A stretch of DNA of 64,000 nt from the human T2T-CHM13v2.0 reference genome, Homo sapiens, in the NCBI RefSeq assembly GCF_009914755.1, contig NC_060939.1. One strand, written 5' to 3'. The notes under the pieces were generated by a model. That model had not been told where the DNA came from. It searched no databases and worked only from the letters and a program-made list of their open reading frames with translations. Of the stretch, positions 25,166 through 40,100 are shown in pieces (position 1 is the first letter of the stretch; the number at the start of each line of letters is the position of its first letter). Both the position numbers and the translations under genes were made by a program.

Positions 25166-28100
25166 CTTCTTTGTGATGTGTGCATGCATCTCACAGTGTT
25201 GGACGTTTCTTTTGATAGGGCAGTTTCGAAAGAGTGTTCTTGTAGAGTCTGCAAGTGGATATTTGGAGCGCTTTGAGGCCTAATGTGGAAAATCAAATAT
25301 CTTCACATAAAAACTACACAGAGGCATTCTGAGAAACTTCTTTTTTGTGTGTGCATTCAACTCACATAGTTGAAGTTATCTTTCGATTTAGCTGTTTTGA
25401 ATCTCCTTTTTGCAGAATCTGCAAGTTGATACCTGGAGCCCTGTTTCACCCTATAGTGGAAAAGCAAATATCTTCACATAAACAAACACTACAGAGAAGC
25501 ATTCAGAGAAAGTCCTTTGTGATGTGTGCATTGAACACGCAGAGTTGAAACTATCTTTTGATTGTACAGTTTTGAATATCTCTTTTTGTAGAATCTGCAA
25601 GTGGAAGTTTGGAGCTGTTTGCACGCTGTGGTGCAAAAGGAAATATCTTCATATAAAAACTACACAGAAGCTTTCAGAGAGACTTCTTTGTGAGGAATGC
25701 GTTCCTCACACAGAGTTGAATCTACCTTTTTATTGAGTAGTTTTGAAACCCTCTTTTTGCAGAATAACCAGGGGGATATTTGGAGAGCTTTGAGGCCTGT
25801 TTTGGAAAAGGAAATATCTTCAAATTAAAACCACACAGAAGCATTCTGAGAAACTTCTTTGTGATGTGTGCATTCAACTCTCAGAGTTGAACGTGTCTTA
25901 TGATGGAGCAGTTTGGAAACACTCTTTTTGTAGAAACTGCAAGTGGATATGTAGAGCGATTTGAGGCCTACTGTGGAAAAGCAAATATCTTCACATAACA
26001 ACTACACAGAAGCACTCCTAGAAACTTCTTTGTGATGTGTGAATTCAACTCACAGAGCTGAACCTATCTTTTGATGGAGTAGCTTAGAATGTCTCTTTTT
26101 TTAGAATCTGCACGTGGATATTTGGAGCGCTTTGAGACCTAAAGTGGAAAAGCAAATATCTTCACATAAAATCTACATCGAGGCACTCTAGGAAACTTCT
26201 TTTTGATGTGTGCATTCAACTCACAGAGCTGAAGCACACAGTGCTTGAGTGACCAGTTTTGAATCTCTCTTTTTGTACAATCTGCAAGTGGATATTGGGA
26301 GCCCTTTGCGGCCTGTGGTGGAAAAGGAAATATCTTCAAATAAAAACTACACAGAAGCATTCTGAGAAACTTCTTTGTGATGTGTACATTCATCTCACAG
26401 AGTTGACAATTTCTTTTGATTGAGCAGTTTTGAAACACTGCTTTTGTAGAGTCTGGAAGTTGATATTTGGAGGGCTTTGAGGTCTATTTCGGAAAAGAAA
26501 ATATCTTCACTTAAAAACTAGGCAGAAATACTGTGAGAAACTTCTTTGTTATGTGAGCATTCAACTCACAGAGCTGAACCTATCTTTTGATTGAGCAGTT
26601 TTGAATCTCTCATTTTGCAGAATCTGCAAGGGGATATTTGGAGCCCTTTGCTACCTAGGGTGGAAAAGGAAATACCTCCAAATAAAAACTACACAGAGGC
26701 ATTCTGAGAAACTTCTTGTGATTGTGCATTCAACTCACAGAGTTAAACCTATCTTATGATTGACCAGTTTTGGAACACTGTTTTCACAGGATCTGCAAGT
26801 GGATATTTGGTGTGCTTTGAGGCCTATCGTGGAAAAGCAAGTAACTTCAGATAAAAACTATACAGAAGCATTCTGAGAAACTTCTTTGTGATGTGTGCAT
26901 TGATCTCACAGAGTTGAAAGTGTATTTTGATTGAGCAGTTTTAAAACACTCCTTCTGTAGAATCTGCAAGTGGATAATTGGAGAGATTTGAGGTATGTTG
27001 TGGAAAAGCAAATATCTTCATATAAAAACTATACAGAAGCCTTCTGAGAAACATCTTTGTGAGGTTTGCATTCAACTCACAGAGCTGGACCTATCTCTTG
27101 AGTGACCAGTTTTGAATCTCTCTTTTTGTTCAATCTGCAAGTGGATATTTGGAGCGATTTGAGGCCTACATTTGAAAATCAAATATCTTCCCTTAAAAAC
27201 TACACAGAAACATTCTCAGAAATTGTTTGTCATGTGGGCTTTCAAATTACCAAGTTGAACCTATCTTGTGATTGAGCAGTTCTGAATCTCTCTTTTTGTG
27301 GAATCTGCAAATGGATATTTTTAGCCCTTTGCGGACTGTGGTGGAAAAGGAATGATCTTCAAATCCATTCTACACAGAAGCATTCAGACAAACTTCTTGG
27401 TGATGAGTGCATTGGTCACACAGAATTGAACCTCTCCTTTGATTGAGCAATTCTGAAACACTCTTTCAGAGGGTCTGCAAGTGGATATTTTAGAGCTTTG
27501 GGACAATTGTGGAAAAGTAAATATCTTCACATAGAAACTACACGGAAGCATTCTGAGAAACTTCTTTGGAGGTGTGCATTCAACTCACAGAGTTGAACCT
27601 ATCTTTTCATTGAGCAGTTTTGAATCTCTCTTTTTGTAGACTCTGCTTGCAGATATTTGGAGAGCTTTGAGGCCTATTGTGGAAAAGGGAATATGTTCAC
27701 ATAAAAACACACAGAAGCACTCTGAGAAACTTCTTTGTGAGGTGTGCATTCAACTCACAGAGTTGAACCTATCTTTTGATGGAGAAGTTTTGAATCTCTC
27801 TTTTTGTAGAAGCTGCATGTGGATATTTGGAGACGTTTGTGGCCTATGGTAGAAAAGGATATATCTTCAAATAAAAACTAGACAGAAGCATTTTGAGAAA
27901 ATTCTCTGTGCTGTGTGCATTCATATCACATGGTTGAAACTACCTTTTGATTGAGCAGTTTCGAGTCTCTCTGTTTGTACCATCTGCAATGGATATTTGG
28001 AGCCCTTTGTGGTCTGTGGTGGAAAAGGAACTATCCTCAAATAAAAACTACACGGAAGTATTCTGAGAAACTTCTTTGTGATGTGTGCATTTATCTCACA

Positions 28101-31100
28101 GAGTTGAACCTTTGGTTTGATTGAGCAGTTTTGAGATAATCTTTCCATAGAATCTGGAAGTGAATACTTGGATAACTTTGAGATCTATTTTGGAGAAGGA
28201 GATATCTTTATATAAAAACTGCACAGAAGCATTCTGAGAAACATCTTTGTGAGGTGTGCAATGAAGTCACAGAGTTGAAACTATCTTTTGATTCAGCAGT
28301 TTTGAGTCTCTCTTTTTGCAGAATCTGCGAGTGGATATCTGGAGAACGTTGAGGCCTACTTGGAAAAGGAAATATCTTCACATAAAAACTACGCAGAAGC
28401 ATTTTGAGATACTTCTTTGTGAGGTGTGCATTCAACTCACAGAGTTGAACTTATCTTTCCATGGAGCACTTTCATATCTCTTTTTTTGTGGAATCTGCAA
28501 GTGGATATTTGGAGCTCTTTGCACCCTGTGGTGGAAAGGGAAATATCTTCATATAAAAACTACAAAGAAGCATTCAGAGAAACTTCTTTGTGATGAATGC
28601 ATTCCTCACACAGAGTTGAGCCTTTCTTTTTATTGAGCAGTATTGAAACGCTCCTTTTGCAGAATCACCAAGTGGATATTTGGAGAGCTTTGGGGCCTGA
28701 TTTGGAAAATGAAATATCTTCAAAGTAAAACTACACAGAACCATTCTGAGAAACTTCTTCATGATGTGAGCATTCAACTCTCAGAGTTGAAGCTACCTTA
28801 TGATTGAGCAATTTGGAAACACTCTTTTTGTAGAGCCTGCAAGTGGATATTTAGAACGATTTGAGGCCTATTGTGGAAAAGCAAATATCTTCACATAAAA
28901 ACTACACAGAAGCATTCTCAGAAACTTCTTTGGGATGTGTGCATTCAACTAACAGTGTTGAACCTATCTTTTGATTGAGCAGCTTAGAATCTCTCCTTTT
29001 GTAGAAAATGCAAGTAGAGATTTGGAGCCCCATTTCGCCCTATGGTAGAAAACAGAACATCTTCACATAAAAACTACGCAGAAGCATTCTGAGAAACTTC
29101 TTTGTGATGTTTGCATTGAACTCCCAGAGTCGAACCTATCTTTTGATAGAGCAGTTTTGTATCTCTCTTTTTGCAGAATCTGCAAGTGGATATTTGGAAA
29201 GCTTGAGGCCTATTGTGAAAAAGGAAATATCTTCACATAGAAACTACAGAGAAGCATTCTGAGAAACTTCTCTGTGAGGCATGGATTCAACCCACAGAGT
29301 TGGACTTATCATTGAGCAGTTTTGAATCTCTCTTTTGGTCGAATCTGCAAGTGGATATTTGGAGCCCTTTTGCAACCTATGGTGGAAAAGGAAACACCTT
29401 CACATAAAAACTATATAGAAGCATTCCGAAAAACTTCTTTGTGATGTGTGCATTCATCTCACAGAGTTGAACCTATCTAATGATTGAGCAGTTTTGAAAC
29501 ACTCATTTTGTAGAACCTGGAAGTGGATATTGGGAGTAGTTTGTGGCCTTCTTTGGAAAAGGAAATATCTTCACATGAAAACTACAAAGAAGCATTCTGA
29601 GAAACTTCTTTGTGATGTGTGCATGCATCTCACAGTGTTGGACGTTTCTTTTGATGGGGCAGTTTCGAAAGAGTCTTCTTGTAGAGTCTGCAAGTGGATA
29701 TTTGGAGCGCTTTGAGGCCTAATGTGGAAAATCAAATATCTTCACATAAAAACTACACAGAGGCATTCTGAGAAACTTCTTTTTTGTGTGTGCATTCAAC
29801 TCACATAGTTGAAGTTATCTTTCGATTTAGCTGTTTTGAATCTCCTTTTTGCAGAATCTGCAAGTTGATACCTGGAGCCCTGTTTCACCCTATAGTGGAA
29901 AAGCAAATATCTTCACATAAACAAACACTACAGAGAAGCATTCAGAGAAAGTCCTTTGTGATGTGTGCATTGAACACGCAGAGTTGAAACTATCTTTTGA
30001 TTGTACAGTTTTGAATATCTCTTTTTGTAGAATCTGCAAGTGGAAGTTTGGAGCTGTTTGCACGCTGTGGTGCAAAAGGAAATATCTTCATATAAAAACT
30101 ACACAGAAGCTTTCAGAGAGACTTCTTTGTGAGGAATGCGTTCCTCACACAGAGTTGAATCTACCTTTTTATTGAGTAGTTTTGAAACCCTCTTTTTGCA
30201 GAATAACCAGGGGGATATTTGGAGAGCTTTGAGGCCTGTTTTGGAAAAGGAAATATCTTCAAATTAAAACCACACAGAAGCATTCTGAGAAACTTCTTTG
30301 TGATGTGTGCATTCAACTCTCAGAGTTGAACGTGTCTTATGATGGAGCAGTTTGGAAACACTCTTTTTGTAGAAACTGCAAGTGGATATGTAGAGCGATT
30401 TGAGGCCTACTGTGGAAAAGCAAATATCTTCACATAACAACTACACAGAAGCACTCCTAGAAACTTCTTTGTGATGTGTGAATTCAACTCACAGAGCTGA
30501 ACCTATCTTTTGATGGAGTAGCTTAGAATGTCTCTTTTTTTAGAATCTGCACGTGGATATTTGGAGCGCTTTGAGACCTAAAGTGGAAAAGCAAATATCT
30601 TCACATAAAATCTACATAGAGGCACTCTAAGAAACTTCTTTTTGATGTGTGCATTCAACTCACAGAGCGGAAGCACACAGTGCTTGAGTGACCAGTTTTG
30701 AATCTCTCTTTTTGTACAATCTGCAAGTGGATATTGGGAGCCCTTTGCGGCCTGTGGTGGAAAAGGAAATATCTTCAAATAAAAACTACACAGAAGCATT
30801 CTGAGAAACTTCTTTGTGATGTGTACATTCATCTCACAGAGTTGACAATTTCTTTTGATTGAGCAGTTTTGAAACACTGCTTTTGTAGAGTCTGGAAGTT
30901 GATATTTGGAGGGCTTTGAGGTCTATTTCGGAAAAGAAAATATCTTCACTTAAAAACTAGGCAGAAATACTGTGAGAAACTTCTTTGTTATGTGAGCATT
31001 CAACTCACAGAGCTGAACCTATCTTTTGATTGAGCAGTTTTGAATCTCTCATTTTGCAGAATCTGCAAGGGGATATTTGGAGCCCTTTGCTACCTAGGGT

Positions 31101-34100
31101 GGAAAAGGAAATACCTCCAAATAAAAACTACACAGAGGCATTCTGAGAAACTTCTTGTGATTGTGCATTCAACTCACAGAGTTAAACCTATCTTATGATT
31201 GACCAGTTTTGGAACACTGTTTTCACAGGATCTGCAAGTGGATATTTGGTGTGCTTTGAGGCCTATCGTGGAAAAGCAAGTAACTTCAGATAAAAACTAT
31301 ACAGAAGCATTCTGAGAAACTTCTTTGTGATGTGTGCATTGATCTCACAGAGTTGAAAGTGTATTTTGATTGAGCAGTTTTAAAACACTCCTTCTGTAGA
31401 ATCTGCAAGTGGATAATTGGAGAGATTTGAGGTATGTTGTGGAAAAGCAAATATCTTCATATAAAAACTATACAGAAGCCTTCTGAGAAACATCTTTGTG
31501 AGGTTTGCATTCAACTCACAGAGCTGGACCTATCTCTTGAGTGACCAGTTTTGAATCTCTCTTTTTGTTCAATCTGCAAGTGGATATTTGGAGCGATTTG
31601 AGGCCTACATTTGAAAATCAAATATCTTCCCTTAAAAACTACACAGAAACATTCTCAGAAATTGTTTGTCATGTGGGCTTTCAAATTACCAAGTTGAACC
31701 TATCTTGTGATTGAGCAGTTCTGAATCTCTCTTTTTGTGGAATCTGCAAATGGATATTTTTAGCCCTTTGCGGACTGTGGTGGAAAAGGAATGATCTTCA
31801 AATCCATTCTACACAGAAGCATTCAGACAAACTTCTTGGTGATGAGTGCATTGGTCACACAGAATTGAACCTCTCCTTTGATTGAGCAATTCTGAAACAC
31901 TCTTTCAGAGGGTCTGCAAGTGGATATTTTAGAGCTTTGGGACAATTGTGGAAAAGTAAATATCTTCACATAGAAACTACACGGAAGCATTCTGAGAAAC
32001 TTCTTTGGAGGTGTGCATTCAACTCACAGAGTTGAACCTATCTTTTCATTGAGCAGTTTTGAATCTCTCTTTTTGTAGACTCTGCTTGCAGATATTTGGA
32101 GAGCTTTGAGGCCTATTGTGGAAAAGGGAATATGTTCACATAAAAACACACAGAAGCACTCTGAGAAACTTCTTTGTGAGGTGTGCATTCAACTCACAGA
32201 GTTGAACCTATCTTTTGATGGAGAAGTTTTGAATCTCTCTTTTTGTAGAAGCTGCATGTGGATATTTGGAGACGTTTGTGGCCTATGGTAGAAAAGGATA
32301 TATCTTCAAATAAAAACTAGACAGAAGCATTTTGAGAAAATTCTCTGTGCTGTGTGCATTCATATCACATGGTTGAAACTACCTTTTGATTGAGCAGTTT
32401 CGAGTCTCTCTGTTTGTACCATCTGCAATGGATATTTGGAGCCCTTTGTGGTCTGTGGTGGAAAAGGAACTATCCTCAAATAAAAACTACACGGAAGTAT
32501 TCTGAGAAACTTCTTTGTGATGTGTGCATTTATCTCACAGAGTTGAACCTTTGGTTTGATTGAGCAGTTTTGAGATAATCTTTCCATAGAATCTGGAAGT
32601 GAATACTTGGATAACTTTGAGATCTATTTTGGAGAAGGAGATATCTTTATATAAAAACTGCACAGAAGCATTCTGAGAAACATCTTTGTGAGGTGTGCAA
32701 TGAAGTCACAGAGTTGAAACTATCTTTTGATTCAGCAGTTTTGAGTCTCTCTTTTTGCAGAATCTGCGAGTGGATATCTGGAGAACGTTGAGGCCTACTT
32801 GGAAAAGGAAATATCTTCACATAAAAACTACGCAGAAGCATTTTGAGATACTTCTTTGTGAGGTGTGCATTCAACTCACAGAGTTGAACTTATCTTTCCA
32901 TGGAGCACTTTCATATCTCTTTTTTTGTGGAATCTGCAAGTGGATATTTGGAGCTCTTTGCACCCTGTGGTGGAAAGGGAAATATCTTCATATAAAAACT
33001 ACAAAGAAGCATTCAGAGAAACTTCTTTGTGATGAATGCATTCCTCACACAGAGTTGAGCCTTTCTTTTTATTGAGCAGTATTGAAACGCTCCTTTTGCA
33101 GAATCACCAAGTGGATATTTGGAGAGCTTTGGGGCCTGATTTGGAAAATGAAATATCTTCAAAGTAAAACTACACAGAACCATTCTGAGAAACTTCTTCA
33201 TGATGTGAGCATTCAACTCTCAGAGTTGAAGCTACCTTATGATTGAGCAATTTGGAAACACTCTTTTTGTAGAGCCTGCAAGTGGATATTTAGAACGATT
33301 TGAGGCCTATTGTGGAAAAGCAAATATCTTCACATAAAAACTACACAGAAGCATTCTCAGAAACTTCTTTGGGATGTGTGCATTCAACTAACAGTGTTGA
33401 ACCTATCTTTTGATTGAGCAGCTTAGAATCTCTCCTTTTGTAGAAAATGCAAGTAGAGATTTGGAGCCCCATTTCGCCCTATGGTAGAAAACAGAACATC
33501 TTCACATAAAAACTACGCAGAAGCATTCTGAGAAACTTCTTTGTGATGTTTGCATTGAACTCCCAGAGTCGAACCTATCTTTTGATAGAGCAGTTTTGTA
33601 TCTCTCTTTTTGCAGAATCTGCAAGTGGATATTTGGAAAGCTTGAGGCCTATTGTGAAAAAGGAAATATCTTCACATAGAAACTACAGAGAAGCATTCTG
33701 AGAAACTTCTCTGTGAGGCATGGATTCAACCCACAGAGTTGGACTTATCATTGAGCAGTTTTGAATCTCTCTTTTGGTCGAATCTGCAAGTGGATATTTG
33801 GAGCCCTTTTGCAACCTATGGTGGAAAAGGAAACACCTTCACATAAAAACTATATAGAAGCATTCCGAAAAACTTCTTTGTGATGTGTGCATTCATCTCA
33901 CAGAGTTGAACCTATCTAATGATTGAGCAGTTTTGAAACACTCATTTTGTAGAACCTGGAAGTGGATATTGGGAGTAGTTTGTGGCCTTCTTTGGAAAAG
34001 GAAATATCTTCACATGAAAACTACAAAGAAGCATTCTGAGAAACTTCTTTGTGATGTGTGCATGCATCTCACAGTGTTGGACGTTTCTTTTGATGGGGCA

Positions 34101-37100
34101 GTTTCGAAAGAGTCTTCTTGTAGAGTCTGCAAGTGGATATTTGGAGCGCTTTGAGGCCTAATGTGGAAAATCAAATATCTTCACATAAAAACTACACAGA
34201 GGCATTCTGAGAAACTTCTTTTTTGTGTGTGCATTCAACTCACATAGTTGAAGTTATCTTTCGATTTAGCTGTTTTGAATCTCCTTTTTGCAGAATCTGC
34301 AAGTTGATACCTGGAGCCCTGTTTCACCCTATAGTGGAAAAGCAAATATCTTCACATAAACAAACACTACAGAGAAGCATTCAGAGAAAGTCCTTTGTGA
34401 TGTGTGCATTGAACACGCAGAGTTGAAACTATCTTTTGATTGTACAGTTTTGAATATCTCTTTTTGTAGAATCTGCAAGTGGAAGTTTGGAGCTGTTTGC
34501 ACGCTGTGGTGCAAAAGGAAATATCTTCATATAAAAACTACACAGAAGCTTTCAGAGAGACTTCTTTGTGAGGAATGCGTTCCTCACACAGAGTTGAATC
34601 TACCTTTTTATTGAGTAGTTTTGAAACCCTCTTTTTGCAGAATAACCAGGGGGATATTTGGAGAGCTTTGAGGCCTGTTTTGGAAAAGGAAATATCTTCA
34701 AATTAAAACCACACAGAAGCATTCTGAGAAACTTCTTTGTGATGTGTGCATTCAACTCTCAGAGTTGAACGTGTCTTATGATGGAGCAGTTTGGAAACAC
34801 TCTTTTTGTAGAAACTGCAAGTGGATATGTAGAGCGATTTGAGGCCTACTGTGGAAAAGCAAATATCTTCACATAACAACTACACAGAAGCACTCCTAGA
34901 AACTTCTTTGTGATGTGTGAATTCAACTCACAGAGCTGAACCTATCTTTTGATGGAGTAGCTTAGAATGTCTCTTTTTTTAGAATCTGCACGTGGATATT
35001 TGGAGCGCTTTGAGACCTAAAGTGGAAAAGCAAATATCTTCACATAAAATCTACATAGAGGCACTCTAAGAAACTTCTTTTTGATGTGTGCATTCAACTC
35101 ACAGAGCGGAAGCACACAGTGCTTGAGTGACCAGTTTTGAATCTCTCTTTTTGTACAATCTGCAAGTGGATATTGGGAGCCCTTTGCGGCCTGTGGTGGA
35201 AAAGGAAATATCTTCAAATAAAAACTACACAGAAGCATTCTGAGAAACTTCTTTGTGATGTGTACATTCATCTCACAGAGTTGACAATTTCTTTTGATTG
35301 AGCAGTTTTGAAACACTGCTTTTGTAGAGTCTGGAAGTTGATATTTGGAGGGCTTTGAGGTCTATTTCGGAAAAGAAAATATCTTCACTTAAAAACTAGG
35401 CAGAAATACTGTGAGAAACTTCTTTGTTATGTGAGCATTCAACTCACAGAGCTGAACCTATCTTTTGATTGAGCAGTTTTGAATCTCTCATTTTGCAGAA
35501 TCTGCAAGGGGATATTTGGAGCCCTTTGCTACCTAGGGTGGAAAAGGAAATACCTCCAAATAAAAACTACACAGAGGCATTCTGAGAAACTTCTTGTGAT
35601 TGTGCATTCAACTCACAGAGTTAAACCTATCTTATGATTGACCAGTTTTGGAACACTGTTTTCACAGGATCTGCAAGTGGATATTTGGTGTGCTTTGAGG
35701 CCTATCGTGGAAAAGCAAGTAACTTCAGATAAAAACTATACAGAAGCATTCTGAGAAACTTCTTTGTGATGTGTGCATTGATCTCACAGAGTTGAAAGTG
35801 TATTTTGATTGAGCAGTTTTAAAACACTCCTTCTGTAGAATCTGCAAGTGGATAATTGGAGAGATTTGAGGTATGTTGTGGAAAAGCAAATATCTTCATA
35901 TAAAAACTATACAGAAGCCTTCTGAGAAACATCTTTGTGAGGTTTGCATTCAACTCACAGAGCTGGACCTATCTCTTGAGTGACCAGTTTTGAATCTCTC
36001 TTTTTGTTCAATCTGCAAGTGGATATTTGGAGCGATTTGAGGCCTACATTTGAAAATCAAATATCTTCCCTTAAAAACTACACAGAAACATTCTCAGAAA
36101 TTGTTTGTCATGTGGGCTTTCAAATTACCAAGTTGAACCTATCTTGTGATTGAGCAGTTCTGAATCTCTCTTTTTGTGGAATCTGCAAATGGATATTTTT
36201 AGCCCTTTGCGGACTGTGGTGGAAAAGGAATGATCTTCAAATCCATTCTACACAGAAGCATTCAGACAAACTTCTTGGTGATGAGTGCATTGGTCACACA
36301 GAATTGAACCTCTCCTTTGATTGAGCAATTCTGAAACACTCTTTCAGAGGGTCTGCAAGTGGATATTTTAGAGCTTTGGGACAATTGTGGAAAAGTAAAT
36401 ATCTTCACATAGAAACTACACGGAAGCATTCTGAGAAACTTCTTTGGAGGTGTGCATTCAACTCACAGAGTTGAACCTATCTTTTCATTGAGCAGTTTTG
36501 AATCTCTCTTTTTGTAGACTCTGCTTGCAGATATTTGGAGAGCTTTGAGGCCTATTGTGGAAAAGGGAATATGTTCACATAAAAACACACAGAAGCACTC
36601 TGAGAAACTTCTTTGTGAGGTGTGCATTCAACTCACAGAGTTGAACCTATCTTTTGATGGAGAAGTTTTGAATCTCTCTTTTTGTAGAAGCTGCATGTGG
36701 ATATTTGGAGACGTTTGTGGCCTATGGTAGAAAAGGATATATCTTCAAATAAAAACTAGACAGAAGCATTTTGAGAAAATTCTCTGTGCTGTGTGCATTC
36801 ATATCACATGGTTGAAACTACCTTTTGATTGAGCAGTTTCGAGTCTCTCTGTTTGTACCATCTGCAATGGATATTTGGAGCCCTTTGTGGTCTGTGGTGG
36901 AAAAGGAACTATCCTCAAATAAAAACTACACGGAAGTATTCTGAGAAACTTCTTTGTGATGTGTGCATTTATCTCACAGAGTTGAACCTTTGGTTTGATT
37001 GAGCAGTTTTGAGATAATCTTTCCATAGAATCTGGAAGTGAATACTTGGATAACTTTGAGATCTATTTTGGAGAAGGAGATATCTTTATATAAAAACTGC

Positions 37101-40100
37101 ACAGAAGCATTCTGAGAAACATCTTTGTGAGGTGTGCAATGAAGTCACAGAGTTGAAACTATCTTTTGATTCAGCAGTTTTGAGTCTCTCTTTTTGCAGA
37201 ATCTGCGAGTGGATATCTGGAGAACGTTGAGGCCTACTTGGAAAAGGAAATATCTTCACATAAAAACTACGCAGAAGCATTTTGAGATACTTCTTTGTGA
37301 GGTGTGCATTCAACTCACAGAGTTGAACTTATCTTTCCATGGAGCACTTTCATATCTCTTTTTTTGTGGAATCTGCAAGTGGATATTTGGAGCTCTTTGC
37401 ACCCTGTGGTGGAAAGGGAAATATCTTCATATAAAAACTACAAAGAAGCATTCAGAGAAACTTCTTTGTGATGAATGCATTCCTCACACAGAGTTGAGCC
37501 TTTCTTTTTATTGAGCAGTATTGAAACGCTCCTTTTGCAGAATCACCAAGTGGATATTTGGAGAGCTTTGGGGCCTGATTTGGAAAATGAAATATCTTCA
37601 AAGTAAAACTACACAGAACCATTCTGAGAAACTTCTTCATGATGTGAGCATTCAACTCTCAGAGTTGAAGCTACCTTATGATTGAGCAATTTGGAAACAC
37701 TCTTTTTGTAGAGCCTGCAAGTGGATATTTAGAACGATTTGAGGCCTATTGTGGAAAAGCAAATATCTTCACATAAAAACTACACAGAAGCATTCTCAGA
37801 AACTTCTTTGGGATGTGTGCATTCAACTAACAGTGTTGAACCTATCTTTTGATTGAGCAGCTTAGAATCTCTCCTTTTGTAGAAAATGCAAGTAGAGATT
37901 TGGAGCCCCATTTCGCCCTATGGTAGAAAACAGAACATCTTCACATAAAAACTACGCAGAAGCATTCTGAGAAACTTCTTTGTGATGTTTGCATTGAACT
38001 CCCAGAGTCGAACCTATCTTTTGATAGAGCAGTTTTGTATCTCTCTTTTTGCAGAATCTGCAAGTGGATATTTGGAAAGCTTGAGGCCTATTGTGAAAAA
38101 GGAAATATCTTCACATAGAAACTACAGAGAAGCATTCTGAGAAACTTCTCTGTGAGGCATGGATTCAACCCACAGAGTTGGACTTATCATTGAGCAGTTT
38201 TGAATCTCTCTTTTGGTCGAATCTGCAAGTGGATATTTGGAGCCCTTTTGCAACCTATGGTGGAAAAGGAAACACCTTCACATAAAAACTATATAGAAGC
38301 ATTCCGAAAAACTTCTTTGTGATGTGTGCATTCATCTCACAGAGTTGAACCTATCTAATGATTGAGCAGTTTTGAAACACTCATTTTGTAGAACCTGGAA
38401 GTGGATATTGGGAGTAGTTTGTGGCCTTCTTTGGAAAAGGAAATATCTTCACATGAAAACTACAAAGAAGCATTCTGAGAAACTTCTTTGTGATGTGTGC
38501 ATGCATCTCACAGTGTTGGACGTTTCTTTTGATGGGGCAGTTTCGAAAGAGTCTTCTTGTAGAGTCTGCAAGTGGATATTTGGAGCGCTTTGAGGCCTAA
38601 TGTGGAAAATCAAATATCTTCACATAAAAACTACACAGAGGCATTCTGAGAAACTTCTTTTTTGTGTGTGCATTCAACTCACATAGTTGAAGTTATCTTT
38701 CGATTTAGCTGTTTTGAATCTCCTTTTTGCAGAATCTGCAAGTTGATACCTGGAGCCCTGTTTCACCCTATAGTGGAAAAGCAAATATCTTCACATAAAC
38801 AAACACTACAGAGAAGCATTCAGAGAAAGTCCTTTGTGATGTGTGCATTGAACACGCAGAGTTGAAACTATCTTTTGATTGTACAGTTTTGAATATCTCT
38901 TTTTGTAGAATCTGCAAGTGGAAGTTTGGAGCTGTTTGCACGCTGTGGTGCAAAAGGAAATATCTTCATATAAAAACTACACAGAAGCTTTCAGAGAGAC
39001 TTCTTTGTGAGGAATGCGTTCCTCACACAGAGTTGAATCTACCTTTTTATTGAGTAGTTTTGAAACCCTCTTTTTGCAGAATAACCAGGGGGATATTTGG
39101 AGAGCTTTGAGGCCTGTTTTGGAAAAGGAAATATCTTCAAATTAAAACCACACAGAAGCATTCTGAGAAACTTCTTTGTGATGTGTGCATTCAACTCTCA
39201 GAGTTGAACGTGTCTTATGATGGAGCAGTTTGGAAACACTCTTTTTGTAGAAACTGCAAGTGGATATGTAGAGCGATTTGAGGCCTACTGTGGAAAAGCA
39301 AATATCTTCACATAACAACTACACAGAAGCACTCCTAGAAACTTCTTTGTGATGTGTGAATTCAACTCACAGAGCTGAACCTATCTTTTGATGGAGTAGC
39401 TTAGAATGTCTCTTTTTTTAGAATCTGCACGTGGATATTTGGAGCGCTTTGAGACCTAAAGTGGAAAAGCAAATATCTTCACATAAAATCTACATAGAGG
39501 CACTCTAAGAAACTTCTTTTTGATGTGTGCATTCAACTCACAGAGCGGAAGCACACAGTGCTTGAGTGACCAGTTTTGAATCTCTCTTTTTGTACAATCT
39601 GCAAGTGGATATTGGGAGCCCTTTGCGGCCTGTGGTGGAAAAGGAAATATCTTCAAATAAAAACTACACAGAAGCATTCTGAGAAACTTCTTTGTGATGT
39701 GTACATTCATCTCACAGAGTTGACAATTTCTTTTGATTGAGCAGTTTTGAAACACTGCTTTTGTAGAGTCTGGAAGTTGATATTTGGAGGGCTTTGAGGT
39801 CTATTTCGGAAAAGAAAATATCTTCACTTAAAAACTAGGCAGAAATACTGTGAGAAACTTCTTTGTTATGTGAGCATTCAACTCACAGAGCTGAACCTAT
39901 CTTTTGATTGAGCAGTTTTGAATCTCTCATTTTGCAGAATCTGCAAGGGGATATTTGGAGCCCTTTGCTACCTAGGGTGGAAAAGGAAATACCTCCAAAT
40001 AAAAACTACACAGAGGCATTCTGAGAAACTTCTTGTGATTGTGCATTCAACTCACAGAGTTAAACCTATCTTATGATTGACCAGTTTTGGAACACTGTTT

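Noticed and set aside
1-35280. A 17640-bp super-repeat (AAAB)
   Set aside because: The match of position 1 to 17641 is only the sum of unit lengths. The following block pattern (B, then seven A) does not repeat it.
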